This document shows, in pieces, positions 38,701 to 47,271 of a stretch of 64,000 nt of DNA. The notes below the pieces were generated by a model. The model ran no database searches, was not told the origin of the DNA, and worked only from the letters and a program-made list of their open reading frames with translations. The DNA comes from Ignavibacteriota bacterium (GTDB taxonomy: Bacteria > Bacteroidota > Ignavibacteria > UBA10030 > UBA6906): the NCBI GenBank assembly GCA_963801355.1, contig CAWDEM010000004.1:576001-640000 (forward strand), written 5' to 3'. How positions within the stretch are numbered: position 1 is the first letter of the stretch; every line of letters starts with the position of its first letter. The position numbers and the translations under genes were made by a program.

Positions 38701-39225
38701 GGAGCGCTGGACAGATCGCTGAACGAGATACAGGCGGTGTTGGCAATGGACCCCGGCAACAGCGAGGCACAGGATATGGAGATCTCCATCCTCACCCAGC
38801 TGAAAGGCCATACCGAAGTCCGCGCGGCTGTCGCGCGCCGGACTGAACTGGAAGAATCCTCGGACCTTGAAGAAGTCCGGCGGAAACAGGAAGAAAGTGC
38901 CGGCCGGGACCATCTGCGTGAAGAATCAACCCAGGTATACCGCAGCATGCTGAAACGGGCCTGGATGCAGGGCGTGCCGGGACGCGACACCCGTGCCATG
39001 CTTGATGTAGCCAGGGTATCGCTCGGGATCAATGAGCATGAGCACACGATGCTTGAAAGCCAGGTGCAGCTGGAGAGCTACCGGGAGGCGCTGGGTATGG
39101 CACTGAAAGCATCATTGCTCGATATGGGCGACGCCGATGCGATGGATGGCCTCAGGACCAGGTTCGATGTGGAGACGCAGGCCCATGAGGCAATCCTCCA
39201 ATCTCTCCAGCGCCGTTCTTCGTGA
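35740..39225 (+). CDS. 1161-aa Glu/Arg/Gln-rich coiled-coil protein with TPR-like units and a duplicated C-terminal helical domain
   Basis: About 700 aa without Pro and with heptad-like charge pattern, flanked by A-x-x-x-D-P TPR-like units. Confidence 0.8.
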   Translation: MPEVDDAQRQERRKKAGDLLKMADKLFKGSDFEGAARLVHMAMETDPQNAYALAYQERVKYAIAQRDTQRQEAAKGEKSGSAESPAVGDATKPGAGPRPSPEEIKKKLEQAQKKIAQERARAEAAGQTPEKPPAPDVAVSEKPGTPELRKELEEALQYRAALQAQLNEVQRALDTERAQWNADLQRLRSEWEQRLQEERQALEQKRAESEAQLESVATTLRTQLEEAIHTRATQQQQVHELQALLNQSRAASQDELATARNVLEDQLQALHQQLEQARETALQERQQWEAERTREMESTSAGWEQRLAEEQRRLAQKGEEATQRLHGEIAALRSELEETALGRDAALQKAEGLDEKLAEAQRILEEERKIWIEERDGERAATETQWNQRLADEVGLRETVEADLRGQLAALTEKYDSLLERFDTLQQQHEEVVARFAEESLRWETDRESLQQGMREEEERKLADERRRFEEMHAQRVEADLDAWESRLKEERIQWENEHKEAERALQARHIVELSAVKEELLSVAQVRVQEESQALQDLRRKLEQEATQRIEAASTKFQEERQRMELEMQSRLADETHRQEDLRREKDELLTQLDGLRATSETERRRIEEELQNRILTERASAADELRERLEARFEQEREALQRSIRAGVEAEMQERFSEERTAFVREQQRLEDEVRRLDDKRQLEVQEGQAARSQVEEFQQRLVEEQHVHEKRSQEVLEAAQQRWRMEQDRQMEEMRTRLIAEYERKIEEGQQSAEEQRNRDHSEALEARREIEEQLRREFEASLMNRLKEERERIQREYQDRIEGERTRVESELRAAFDAEAQRRSDEEARLAREDRKAHEAEEQERRKQEEARKYEEAVRQAIEEGRQKAHLRKIASHIEQANALLTKARFAQALEEVSRVFALDPSHEEALALEHSIRSAQVAHERRKETAHKLQEEQKRRLEEVQKRQKEQEQKERLLQKERAARDETTVQRIARAAEYRRLGALDRSLNEIQAVLAMDPGNSEAQDMEISILTQLKGHTEVRAAVARRTELEESSDLEEVRRKQEESAGRDHLREESTQVYRSMLKRAWMQGVPGRDTRAMLDVARVSLGINEHEHTMLESQVQLESYREALGMALKASLLDMGDADAMDGLRTRFDVETQAHEAILQSLQRRSS

Positions 39226-39343
39226 ATGGGGTGCACCTTCGCCGTACTGTGACACTGACTCTCCGAAGCATCGTCATGTCGCCCCCGAAAATGCAAATGC
39301 AATTTTTCATTGGCCTACTGCCTGAAGGGAAAGACGTACACCC

Positions 39344-40429
39344 ATGAAACTGAGTCGGATTGGAATACTTACCGGGGGAGGCGACTGCCCCGGCTTGAAT
39401 GCGGTTATCCGGAGCATAGCCAAGCCCGCCATGCGCCATTTCAATGCCCAGGTCATCGGGATACTCGATGGCTATGAGGGTATGGTTGAAGGACGGCATA
39501 GAGAGCTGAGTCCGCTGGATGTCACCGGCATCATCAACCAGGGAGGGACCATCCTCGGGACATCCAACAAAGGAGACCCCTTTCACTTTCCGATGGGAGA
39601 ACGGAACAACGTCCGCATCATTGATGCATCCCAACAGGTCATCGATCACTACCGCGACATGAAGCTGGATGTGCTTATCACCATCGGAGGGGATGGCACG
39701 CAGATTATTGCACACAAGCTGTCGGGCATGGGCCTGAACGTCATCGGTGTTCCCAAAACCATAGACAACGACCTCGACTCGACGGATATCACGTTCGGAC
39801 ATGATTCGGCGCGCGCGGTAGCCACGGAAGCCATAGACCGGCTGCAGACGACAGCCTCCGCCCACCACCGCGTCATCGTGCTGGAGACGATGGGCCGGTA
39901 CGCGGGCTGGATCGCCCTCGGTGCAGGTCTTGCCGGCGGTGCGGATATCATACTGATCCCCGAGATCCCATTTTCCTGGGACAAGGTCTTTGACACCGTC
40001 CTCATGCGCAGCAAGGGAGCGAAGTTCAGCATCGTGTGCATTGCGGAAGGAGCGAAGCCCCTGGGAGGAGAGATCTCCGTCAAAGAGATCGACAGGAAAC
40101 GCACCGATCCGGTGCGCCTCGGCGGAATCGGCGAAATGGTGGCCAAGCGCATCGAGGATGAGACCGGTGTGGAAACCCGCGTAACAGTCCTGGGACATGT
40201 CCAGCGCGGCGGAAGCCCCACGGCCTTCGATCGCATTCTTGCGACCAGATTCGGAGCCGCCGCGCTTCAGGCCGCATCCGCCGGTGAGTTCGGCGTCATG
40301 ACCAGTTTACGTCAAAACGACGTGATCACCGTTGCGTTGAAAGATGCCGTGGGACGCCAGCGACTTGTCCCTATCGATTCGCAACTGGTGTTTGCTGCAC
40401 GTGCAGTTGGTACTTGTCTGGGGGATTGA
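39344..40429 (+). CDS. pfkA: 6-phosphofructokinase (PfkA family, group III-like)
   Basis: TGGGDCPGLNA, GGDGT, PKTIDND, ETMGR and LGHVQRGG. Confidence 0.92.
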   Translation: MKLSRIGILTGGGDCPGLNAVIRSIAKPAMRHFNAQVIGILDGYEGMVEGRHRELSPLDVTGIINQGGTILGTSNKGDPFHFPMGERNNVRIIDASQQVIDHYRDMKLDVLITIGGDGTQIIAHKLSGMGLNVIGVPKTIDNDLDSTDITFGHDSARAVATEAIDRLQTTASAHHRVIVLETMGRYAGWIALGAGLAGGADIILIPEIPFSWDKVFDTVLMRSKGAKFSIVCIAEGAKPLGGEISVKEIDRKRTDPVRLGGIGEMVAKRIEDETGVETRVTVLGHVQRGGSPTAFDRILATRFGAAALQAASAGEFGVMTSLRQNDVITVALKDAVGRQRLVPIDSQLVFAARAVGTCLGD

Positions 40430-40471
40430 TGGCGCGGGTGTGCCGTCACGGATGTGCAGAGAATTGATCTC

Positions 40472-41896
40472 TCACGGCCGCTCTCCTGCTCCGAACACCT
40501 CCCACTGGTATGCAGCCCGACTCCCGAGGATCCCCGCCATCCACTTGAACTGGGGGTGCTCGCGAAGGAATGCCTGTGCATCAAATGGAGTCCCGCATGC
40601 CGAGCCCCAACGCGCGGAGAATGTCATAGCCTTTGCCATCCTGGAGTCGACGACTTTGCCGTCAACCGTTCCGCCCGGGTCAAACGGGGGGTCCGTTGTT
40701 GAATCGCGATCCGAATGGTCGCAGAGGACCCTTCCATTCTTGACCGTGCGATGCAGGTACGGGTCGTAGTGATCGGCTTCGAACTGTTGTGCCAGATCCA
40801 CGGTGATGCGTCCGCGATACTCCTGCATGAGCTGTTCCCAGCGCACCCTGCGGGCGACGCCGGACCGGCGGATATCGGTTTCGTGGAGGTCTGTTTCGAA
40901 TCTCAGAATCTTGATGTTTTCGGCGACATTGGATCCCGTGTAGTAACCGTCTCGTGTCCGTTCCAGGCTGACATGCTTCAGTCCGAGCTCGAGGCGTGCA
41001 ATCTCCCCCGTCTTCGTGTCCCCCAGCAACCATGCGTTGGCATACCCTCCGTTATTGCCCTGCGTCATCAGGCTGCACCATTGGCCGATACTGTCGGCAT
41101 CCTGTGTCGCCCGGCGCATGCGGCAAAATTCCGGGATCCCGTGCTCATCAAACCCGCGGTATCCTCCAATCGTGGTTTCGGACCCGACGAGGCCCGCATC
41201 GGTGATGAAGAAGTCGGATCCACTGTGGACCCACCCCGGGCAGGTCTGCATCAGTATGCGATGTCCGGCGGAGGGGAAAATATCGATGATCACATTCACG
41301 AATCCATCCGCATAGCCGGTCATCGTGTTGTGTCCGAGCACAATCCCTCCGTCGGCGGTCATGCTCCCGGTGGCGATGAAGCTCGAACAGGATTCCTTGG
41401 ATCGCGAGGGAGACTCCGAGCCCATGGACTTCTTCTTTTCGGGCCACCAGTATCCCGCCACTTCGATGTAGGCGTTGTAGGCGATCATATCCGCGCGTGA
41501 CACCGTGACATGTGCCGAGGCAAGTCCTTCCACGAGCCCGTCGATTTCCGCGAGAATCTCCGCGTCCATCCGCGGTATCAGGAATGGCGTGGTGTTTGTC
41601 ACGAGCCAGTCCCACGTCATCCCGCTTTCGTATTCCCAGACTGTGCGTTGCGTCTTCAGGGCATCGGCAATCTCGCGGGCCAGGAGCGCACCGTGTTGAA
41701 ACCCCCTGGCGCGTGCGTCGCCCTCGACATGGACATATATCCAGCCGCCTTTCTCGAATTTCCATGCGTGCGAGAGCCATTCGGTCCGGACATCGTCTGT
41801 GACGGGCGCGGGCGCCGGCGACACCGCAGGGTCCCTGGGAGAGCACCCGAGGATGAAGCCGAGCAGGGATACGACAATGAGACAGCGGGCCGTCAT
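40472..41896 (-). CDS. Ntn-hydrolase lipoprotein (peptidase C45 / phospholipase B-like)
   Basis: Lipobox ILGC, RGFQHG, autoproteolytic nucleophile CSSFIATG...GHN and NNGGYANAW. Confidence 0.78.
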   Translation of the reverse strand: MTARCLIVVSLLGFILGCSPRDPAVSPAPAPVTDDVRTEWLSHAWKFEKGGWIYVHVEGDARARGFQHGALLAREIADALKTQRTVWEYESGMTWDWLVTNTTPFLIPRMDAEILAEIDGLVEGLASAHVTVSRADMIAYNAYIEVAGYWWPEKKKSMGSESPSRSKESCSSFIATGSMTADGGIVLGHNTMTGYADGFVNVIIDIFPSAGHRILMQTCPGWVHSGSDFFITDAGLVGSETTIGGYRGFDEHGIPEFCRMRRATQDADSIGQWCSLMTQGNNGGYANAWLLGDTKTGEIARLELGLKHVSLERTRDGYYTGSNVAENIKILRFETDLHETDIRRSGVARRVRWEQLMQEYRGRITVDLAQQFEADHYDPYLHRTVKNGRVLCDHSDRDSTTDPPFDPGGTVDGKVVDSRMAKAMTFSARWGSACGTPFDAQAFLREHPQFKWMAGILGSRAAYQWEVFGAGERP

Positions 41897-43077
41897 TGGA
41901 TGCCTCCGTGCGACGAGTTGAAGTGTGAGAGCAGCATCTCGTTAGTGGGATAGCGTTCGAGCAATTTCAAGACCGCGCGCATGGCTTCCCGCGGGTGCAT
42001 CCGGCTGATGGCGCGTCGCAACTCCTGGTGAAGATACACTGCGGACCCGAAGAGGAGTTCTTCCCGGCGGGTGCCTGACATCCCGAGGTTGACTGCAGGG
42101 AAGATGCGTTCATCCGCGAGTTCACGGTTCAACACCAGCTCCATATTGCCCGTGCCCTTGAACTCCTGGAATATCAGTTCGTCCATACGGGAGTTCGTTT
42201 CGACGAGGGCCGTGGCGATGATGGTGAGCGAGCCCCGCCCTTCGATCTTTCGAGCCGCTCCGAATATGCGTTTGGGAATTTCCAGCGCGCGGATGTCCAC
42301 GCCACCGCTCATCGTCCGGCCGCTGCTGCGCTGATGCAGATTGAACGCCCGGCCCAGGCGGGTGAGGGAATCCAGAAGGAGAACGACGTCATTGCCGGTC
42401 TCAACTTTTCGCTTCGCATATTCAAGCACCAGCTGCGCCAGGTTGACATGCGTTCCGCGTTCGCTGTCGCTTGAGCTCGCGAAGACCTCCCCCTTTATCG
42501 ACCTGCGCATGTCGGTCACCTCTTCCGGGCGCTCGTCGATCAGCAGCACCACCATCTCGATGTCCGGGTGGTTCCGACTGATGGCGTGGGCCAGCTGCTG
42601 CAGCAACATGGTCTTCCCGGCCTTGGGCGGAGAGACGATGAGCGCGCGCTGCCCCTTGCCGACGGGGCAGAAGAGGTCCACGATTCTCATCGGACGAGCT
42701 CCAAGTCTGCCCGGCGGGGAATCATCCGTCCCTTCGAGACGGATCCACTCGTAGGGAGAGACCACCTCGTAGGAAGAAAACTCCTTTACCTCGATCCAGC
42801 GGTTGGGGGCAAGCCCGTTGACCGCGTGCAGCGTCTCCATGACCGGGCTAGGTCCCCGTCCCCGCCGGGCGACACCTTCCAGGAGGACACCCGACCGCAA
42901 CCGGTTGTCGCGGATCTGTCGCGCGGTCACATGGGTGTCGCCGGAGTCACTTAGCAGCGACATGGTGGTCGGGCGTACGGATCCTTCTCCCCGTTCGCCG
43001 ATTTCCAGGATCCCTCTGAATGTGACGGTGGCGGGACCTGACGGTTTGTGAGGCTGATGGTGTGTGTGCGGAACCAT
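41893..43077 (-). CDS. rho: Short Rho-family transcription termination factor paralogue
   Basis: GKGQRALIVSPPKAGKT, DERPEEVT, DSLTRL, FKGTGNMEL and SGTRREELL; ATG 43077 lies 1 nt after the DinB stop. Confidence 0.9.
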   Translation of the reverse strand: MVPHTHHQPHKPSGPATVTFRGILEIGERGEGSVRPTTMSLLSDSGDTHVTARQIRDNRLRSGVLLEGVARRGRGPSPVMETLHAVNGLAPNRWIEVKEFSSYEVVSPYEWIRLEGTDDSPPGRLGARPMRIVDLFCPVGKGQRALIVSPPKAGKTMLLQQLAHAISRNHPDIEMVVLLIDERPEEVTDMRRSIKGEVFASSSDSERGTHVNLAQLVLEYAKRKVETGNDVVLLLDSLTRLGRAFNLHQRSSGRTMSGGVDIRALEIPKRIFGAARKIEGRGSLTIIATALVETNSRMDELIFQEFKGTGNMELVLNRELADERIFPAVNLGMSGTRREELLFGSAVYLHQELRRAISRMHPREAMRAVLKLLERYPTNEMLLSHFNSSHGGIQ

Positions 43078-43078
43078 A

Positions 43079-43582
43079 TCAGACAGCCGGCGGTTGCATG
43101 CCGTACGATGACCATTCTTCCTTGGTCGGGCCGTACACCCCGGGAACGCTGAGCCCCAGAAGGCGCATGACAACAATCATCTGCGCCCGGTGATGGATCT
43201 GGTGGTGAACAAGCACCTGAAGCGATATTCCACGGGCCCATTGCTCACCGTACATGTCGTCCTCCACAAGCAGATCCTTGTCAGTCCAGTTCTTCTTCAC
43301 CTGTTCGAGCACCGAGATCGCGGAGGCGTTGTAGGCGTCGAAAATCTCTTTTGCCGTAACGGGAATGGGGGCTTTGTCGTCAGGTCCGGCCAGCGTCAAT
43401 CCCATCCGGCCGCCCATTTCGGGGATGGAAGTGACAATATGCCATGCCATACGCCCGAGCGTGCGGATGTCGGCGTGAACAGACTGTCCCAGTGATTGTG
43501 TGGTGACGTGCTTGAGGATCTTCTGCGTGGCTTCACGTTCCACCTGCCACACACGCTCGAAATCTGCAATCGTACGTATCAT
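43079..43582 (-). CDS. DinB/YfiT-family metalloprotein
   Basis: RTLGRMAWHI and HHQIHHRAQ...PGVYGP; GGAG RBS. Confidence 0.85.
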   Translation of the reverse strand: MIRTIADFERVWQVEREATQKILKHVTTQSLGQSVHADIRTLGRMAWHIVTSIPEMGGRMGLTLAGPDDKAPIPVTAKEIFDAYNASAISVLEQVKKNWTDKDLLVEDDMYGEQWARGISLQVLVHHQIHHRAQMIVVMRLLGLSVPGVYGPTKEEWSSYGMQPPAV

Positions 43583-43669
43583 GAGTATCTCCACGGATAG
43601 TATGGACGCAGGAACCAGATGCGTTGCTGAAAAGGATGTACTGCAAGATAGCAGGATAGGCAATCGATA

Positions 43670-44527
43670 TCAACGCCTCTCGTGTTGCTTGCTCCAGTCG
43701 ATAAACACCTTCCGCGCCACCGGCTGGCAGGCCGGACAGAAGAAGACATCGTAACCGCGGACTCCTTCCCGTCGTATCGTTGTTCCGCAGCGGGGGCAGG
43801 GTTGTCCCTGGCGGTTGCGGACGTTCATATGATCCCGGACCTTGTTCTGGATTGGCTGTCTGGCTTCCGCGACATGGTCGATCCCGCGCTGCAGGACGGT
43901 GCCGATGGCACGGTACAGTGTGAGGAGATCGTCACTTGCTAGGGAAGCGACAATGGTCTTCGGGTGGATCTTCGCCTCAAACAGGATTTCATCGGCATAC
44001 GCATTGCCGATGCTGCTCAGGGCAGTGTGATCGTTGATAAACACCCGCACCTGCTTGCGGGAGTGCCGTGCGGCAAGACGCCTGAACGCTTCTTCGCTGA
44101 ATTCCGGTGAACGCACGTTCACCCCCTGATTCCCGAATCCGGGGACAGCAGCATAGTCGCCTGGATGCACAAGGTACACTTTTGCCATCTTCTGCTGATC
44201 GCAGATGTTGAGCCACGTGCCGTCGTCGAGTTTCAGGGCAATCAGCTTGAACCCGAGCGGATGCTCCGCGCTCTGCTGATGCTGGATGCGTCCGGCGAGC
44301 ATCAGATTCACGACAAGTTCCACCATGGAACTCAACGTGAAACGCAGGAACGGCCCGTGGAAATCAATGTGCGTAAAGGAAAGATCGCGCAACACCTGTT
44401 CCACCGGATCGCCGATGTCGTTGCGGATGACCACCGGCTGGTGGACGGTGGCGGACACAATGCGGCGATGCAGTACCTGACGCTGGAGATACCGGGTTAT
44501 ATACAGGAGATCAGGGAGTTCGGGCAT
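43670..44527 (-). CDS. Fpg/Nei-family DNA glycosylase/AP lyase
   Basis: N-terminal PELPD, H2TH IGNAYADEILF and zinc finger CPRC...CPACQ. Confidence 0.88.
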   Translation of the reverse strand: MPELPDLLYITRYLQRQVLHRRIVSATVHQPVVIRNDIGDPVEQVLRDLSFTHIDFHGPFLRFTLSSMVELVVNLMLAGRIQHQQSAEHPLGFKLIALKLDDGTWLNICDQQKMAKVYLVHPGDYAAVPGFGNQGVNVRSPEFSEEAFRRLAARHSRKQVRVFINDHTALSSIGNAYADEILFEAKIHPKTIVASLASDDLLTLYRAIGTVLQRGIDHVAEARQPIQNKVRDHMNVRNRQGQPCPRCGTTIRREGVRGYDVFFCPACQPVARKVFIDWSKQHERR

Positions 44528-44655
44528 AGAACAACAGGGACCGGGTGGGGGTCATCGATGCACCCGCAGAGCGTGTGCTCTCACGGCATTTCCGTGCACG
44601 CAATGTGCGAAGGATGCCGATCGTTGTCAAGTGGCGCCCCGCAACGTGCGCCGGC

Positions 44656-44684
44656 TTGCTTTTTTCCCCCAACCCTGGTATCAT
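44656..44684 (+). promoter_or_regulatory. Putative sigma70 promoter upstream of the TPP riboswitch
   Basis: TTGCTT-N17-TATCAT with a TG extended -10; the predicted transcription start falls at the aptamer 5' end. Confidence 0.55.
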
Positions 44685-44691
44685 AGAGTGT

Positions 44692-44773
44692 CCGTTAGGG
44701 GTGTTCCGCAAAACGGCGGAACTGAGATCAAACCCTGGAACCTGATCTGGGTCATGCCAGCGTAGGGAAACGG
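44692..44773 (+). ncRNA. TPP (thi-box) riboswitch
   Basis: GGGGTG...CTGAGA...ACCC.GGAACCTGATCTGGGTCATGCCAGCGTAGGGAA consensus with a CCGTT/AACGG P1 stem, upstream of a thiN operon. Confidence 0.95.
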
Positions 44774-44792
44774 TGACACCGAGCATGTGTGC

Positions 44793-44846
44793 GCAAGGCC
44801 GTTTCTCCGTATTCCCCGTGACGGAGCATCGGCCTTGTTTCGTTCT
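44793..44846 (+). terminator. Riboswitch expression-platform terminator
   Basis: GCAAGGCCG..CTCCGT / ACGGAG..CGGCCTTGT stem followed by TTCGTTCT. Confidence 0.65.
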
Positions 44847-44859
44847 GGAAGGGGACGTC

Positions 44860-47271
44860 ATGAATGTGGTATCGGTGTTCACCGCTGTCTGTGTGCTGAC
44901 CGGCACAATGACGGCAGGTGTCATACGGGGACGCGTGGCGGACCGGGATTCACGCCGCCCCCTTCCCGTTGCGAATGTCACGGTCGTCGGCTCCACGATC
45001 GGCACGACGACGAACGAACAAGGAAATTTCGTCCTCACCGGTCTTCCCGGCGGATCCTGTACGCTGCGCGCCTCGCTTGTCGGATACCAGTCGTACACAC
45101 AAACAGTGGACGTGCCGCCTGCCGACACTGCGCGCGTGGAGTTTTCCCTCTCCGTGTCGGTCCTGGTCGCTCAGGCGGTCACCGTCACCGCGACCCGCGG
45201 ACGCGAGCGCGAAACTCCCGCCACCTTCTCCACGCTGGAGGGCTCCGCTCTGCGTGAACGATACACCGTGCAGGATATTCCCGTTCTTCTGGCTGAACTT
45301 CCCTCCACGACGTTCTATTCCGAAAGCGGCACCGGCCTCGGCTATACGTATCTGAACATCCGCGGGTTTGACGCGCGCCGCATTGCCGTGATGGTCAATG
45401 GCATTCCGCAAAATGATCCCGAGGACCATAACGTCTACTGGCTGGATTTTCCCGATATGACCGGAAGTATTGAGGACGTACAGGTGCAGCGCGGCGCCGG
45501 AAGCGCGTTCTATGGTTCACCCGCAATCGGGGGGTCCGTGAATCTCACCACAACCCGCTCTGCACATGAGCGGTCGCTGGCACTCGCCGCCGGTGTGGGG
45601 AGTTACAATACCCGCAAATACTCGGCGTCATTCTTCTCCGGTCTTCTTGATGACCGGTATGCGTTCCACGCCCGTCTTTCCAAGTTGCTGAGCAGCGGAT
45701 ACCGCGACCACGCCTGGGTGGATTTCAACAGCTATTTTTTCGGCGCGACCCGGTATGATTCAACAATGACCACGCAAATCAATTTCTATGGCGGCCCGAT
45801 CGCAGACGGCCTGGCATACTTCGGGGTTTCTAAAGATGCCATCAGCGACCGCGATCGGCGCAAAGAGAACCCGATCACACGTCCGGAAGAAATCGAAAAC
45901 TTCTCCCAACCTCATTTCGACCTGATGCACGAATGGAGGCTTTCGTCTTCCCTGACGCTTTCGAATACGTTGTTTCTCATTCTCGGCGATGGATTTTTCG
46001 ACTATGATGGGTCCTGGGCGCCACTGTCGTATTATCGTATTACCCCCGCGCTGGGGTTCCCGGTGAGCGGAGATCCGGACACACTGTATCTCCCCGGCGC
46101 GTTGATCCGGGCCCAGGTAACGAACTCCCAGTGGGGCTGGTTGCCCCGGATGACCATGTATCACGATGGCGGCGAGCTCATTGTGGGCGGGGAGCTCCGT
46201 GTTCACCGGTCACTCCACTGGGGCCGTCTGCAGTGGGCTGCACAAATTCCGGCCGGGGTGCCGGGAGACTATCGCTATTATGAATACCGCGGCGCGAAGG
46301 ACATCGGCTCGCTCTATGTACATCTGCTCCAGGATCTGCAACCCGGCATGAAGCTCATGGCCTCCGTCCAGTATGCGTTCAACCGGTACCGGCTCTATGA
46401 CGAGAAGTTCGAAGGGACGGACTTCACCGTGCCGTACCATTTTCTCAATCCACGGCTTGGGGTGAATTTCAACATCACCGAACGGTGGAATCTCTACGCG
46501 AGCCTCGGCTACACATCGCGCGAACCCCGTCTGAAAAATCTCTATGATGCCGCTGAGGCCAGCACGCCGGCATCATGGGGCGCGGTGGTTCCGCAATTCG
46601 CGGTGGATGCCTCCGGCAGGCCTGACTTCTCGCATCCCCTGGTGAAGCCGGAATCATTACTCGACGTGGAGTTGGGCGCCGGCTATATCGAGGGAGACAC
46701 GCGGCTTTCGGCAAATGTCTACTGGATGGAGTTTGCCGATGAAATTGTCAAAAGCGGGCAGCTCGACCGGTTCGGCCAGCCCATCACCGGAAATGCGGAG
46801 CGCACGCGACACGTCGGCCTCGAGGTGAGCGGGAGAATTCCCGTGACGCCGTCAGTCGAATTTACGGCAAATGTCTCCGTGAGCCGGAACCGGTTCATCC
46901 GTTACGCAGATTTCTCGTCCGGATCGGGAGTCAGCCTCTCGGGGAATCCTCTCGCCGGCTTCCCCGATCTACTCGCCAATATGCGTCTGACCTACCGCAG
47001 CGAGAGGTTTACGGGTTCCCTTGCCGCACGATTTGTCGGCAAACAGTACACCGACAACTTCAAGAACGAACGACGCACTGTGGACCCCTCTGTTGTGAGT
47101 GAGGCGTCGGCATCCTACAGATTTGACCGGATTGTGGATGATCCGTCCGTAGAGGCAAAACTGCAGGTCAACAATCTCTTTGACGTGCTGTACGCCTCGT
47201 ATGGCGAAGGTGATCAATACTTCGTCGGTGCAGAGCGCAATGTCTTCTTCCAGATTACGGTGAGCCTGTGA
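44860..47271 (+). CDS. TonB-dependent receptor, probable thiamine uptake
   Basis: N-terminal carboxypeptidase-regulatory-like domain, plug motifs NIRG, NGIPQND and VQVQRGAGS, C-terminal NNLFD; TPP riboswitch control. Confidence 0.88.
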   Translation: MNVVSVFTAVCVLTGTMTAGVIRGRVADRDSRRPLPVANVTVVGSTIGTTTNEQGNFVLTGLPGGSCTLRASLVGYQSYTQTVDVPPADTARVEFSLSVSVLVAQAVTVTATRGRERETPATFSTLEGSALRERYTVQDIPVLLAELPSTTFYSESGTGLGYTYLNIRGFDARRIAVMVNGIPQNDPEDHNVYWLDFPDMTGSIEDVQVQRGAGSAFYGSPAIGGSVNLTTTRSAHERSLALAAGVGSYNTRKYSASFFSGLLDDRYAFHARLSKLLSSGYRDHAWVDFNSYFFGATRYDSTMTTQINFYGGPIADGLAYFGVSKDAISDRDRRKENPITRPEEIENFSQPHFDLMHEWRLSSSLTLSNTLFLILGDGFFDYDGSWAPLSYYRITPALGFPVSGDPDTLYLPGALIRAQVTNSQWGWLPRMTMYHDGGELIVGGELRVHRSLHWGRLQWAAQIPAGVPGDYRYYEYRGAKDIGSLYVHLLQDLQPGMKLMASVQYAFNRYRLYDEKFEGTDFTVPYHFLNPRLGVNFNITERWNLYASLGYTSREPRLKNLYDAAEASTPASWGAVVPQFAVDASGRPDFSHPLVKPESLLDVELGAGYIEGDTRLSANVYWMEFADEIVKSGQLDRFGQPITGNAERTRHVGLEVSGRIPVTPSVEFTANVSVSRNRFIRYADFSSGSGVSLSGNPLAGFPDLLANMRLTYRSERFTGSLAARFVGKQYTDNFKNERRTVDPSVVSEASASYRFDRIVDDPSVEAKLQVNNLFDVLYASYGEGDQYFVGAERNVFFQITVSL

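Noticed and set aside
35740-39225. SMC/Rad50, phage tape-measure or defence-system protein
   Set aside because: No Walker motifs, hinge or zinc hook, and no phage or defence genes in the vicinity.
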